A stretch of DNA of 64,000 nt, taken from positions 99,820,001 to 99,884,000 of the forward strand of contig NC_135811.1 of assembly GCF_964213995.1 (NCBI RefSeq). Direction: 5' to 3'. Numbering within the stretch: the first letter of the stretch is position 1; each line of letters starts with the position of its first letter. Source of the stretch: Mustelus asterias (taxonomy: Eukaryota). Shown in pieces: positions 62,936 through 64,000 of this stretch. The notes beneath the pieces were generated by a model, which ran no database searches, was not told the origin of the DNA, and saw only the letters and a program-made list of their open reading frames with translations. The position numbers and the translations under genes were made by a program.

Positions 62936-64000
62936 AATCCCTGCTAGAAAGTGTTCATGTGGATGTCAGGAGAGAGTAGGATTCAACCCAGGCTCAGATT
63001 TGGGCTGTGATTCCTTGCACACTCGAGTGCTCTGCTGCCACTTGCTGTGTTAGCTGAGATATGAAGAATGGCCGAATGGGTGCTGGTGCTGTGAAACTTA
63101 ATCCCAGCAAAAGAATCATTACCTTCGAGAATGAAGGAATTGGAAGGGGGAAAGACAGCCGCACTTTAAACTGTTCTAATAATGTTCATGGATGAGATTG
63201 TCGCCAGGCTGTCTCAGCCTTGTGAATTAAAGAAGAAGGAAGGTCAGAAATTGGATGCCAGATCTCTGTAAACACCTATACTATGTTCTCTGGTAGGTTA
63301 GTTCAAAATAATCTTGACTGTAATAATCACCTCATACTTTGGCAGCAGCTGCTCCCATTTATTAGTCCTGTGTGTCAAGCTAGCGAACATTACATTCTTT
63401 TCTGTTGCAACCTCTTGCTTGCGCCATTCCCCTGTCCTAGACCGTCATCCCAAGATGACAGTTGTGAAGGTCAGTGTCTTATGCTTGGAAGAAACCCTGC
63501 TGCATTAAGCACTTTATTTTCTTGCTTGCTCGCAGTTACTGCCAAACCAAGCAGAAACAAGCATTCCATTAAAACTGATCCTTAAACGATGTGGCATCTA
63601 TTAAGGTTGTTCTGTCCTTGATCACATGAGCAAGTGCAGAAGTGACAGCAAAGAGTTTTTCGGGGAAGGGAAAGTAACTGCGATGGAGCTGCCTAAACAT
63701 AAGGTGCGGCAATCTTTCATCTGTTGAAAGGATGGAAGCAGTTGCCATCATTGCCACTACACAACGTGACCATTTGCTCATTGAGTTGTTGTGAAAGACA
63801 TTATTTGGTATTAACTCTGCTTATTTAATAGTGCTGCACAAACCTCCAGACACTGTGATTTCAAAGAAATTCCAATTTTCTCTCCATTGTTACCTCAATG
63901 CCTGACTCTTGCAGCATTTTATTTCTTGGACGTCTGCAGTCTTTCACTCCCTCTCCTCAGTTGAGTGGTCTCCTCTTGTGTCGTAAGAGCTCTGTGACTC

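Overview
Eukaryotic (vertebrate) genomic DNA, very likely from a shark, judged by HE1-like V-SINEs, SacSINE1-like DeuSINEs and abundant CR1 LINEs. The window is mostly intronic sequence of a retinoic acid receptor gene on the + strand, best matching RAR-alpha. Three coding exons are visible with canonical AG/GT ends and compatible phases: 5115-5263, 30027-30168 and 58338-58498. They encode the proline-rich region, both zinc fingers and the hinge/start of the ligand-binding domain. The ~25 kb and ~28 kb introns are filled with transposon debris: about 19 V-SINEs with two different 3' tails, CR1/L2/Rex1/Tx1-like LINE fragments, a decayed Gypsy LTR element, solo LTRs, a hAT MITE and PIF/Harbinger transposase remnants. 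The most interesting signal is a family of short Penelope-like-element (PLE) ends that carry a minimal hammerhead-ribozyme motif. Several are inserted as long fold-back palindromes with target-site duplications and a shared breakpoint. Nearly all ORFs in the supplied track are spurious or transposon remnants. All family assignments come from recalled motifs, not database searches.
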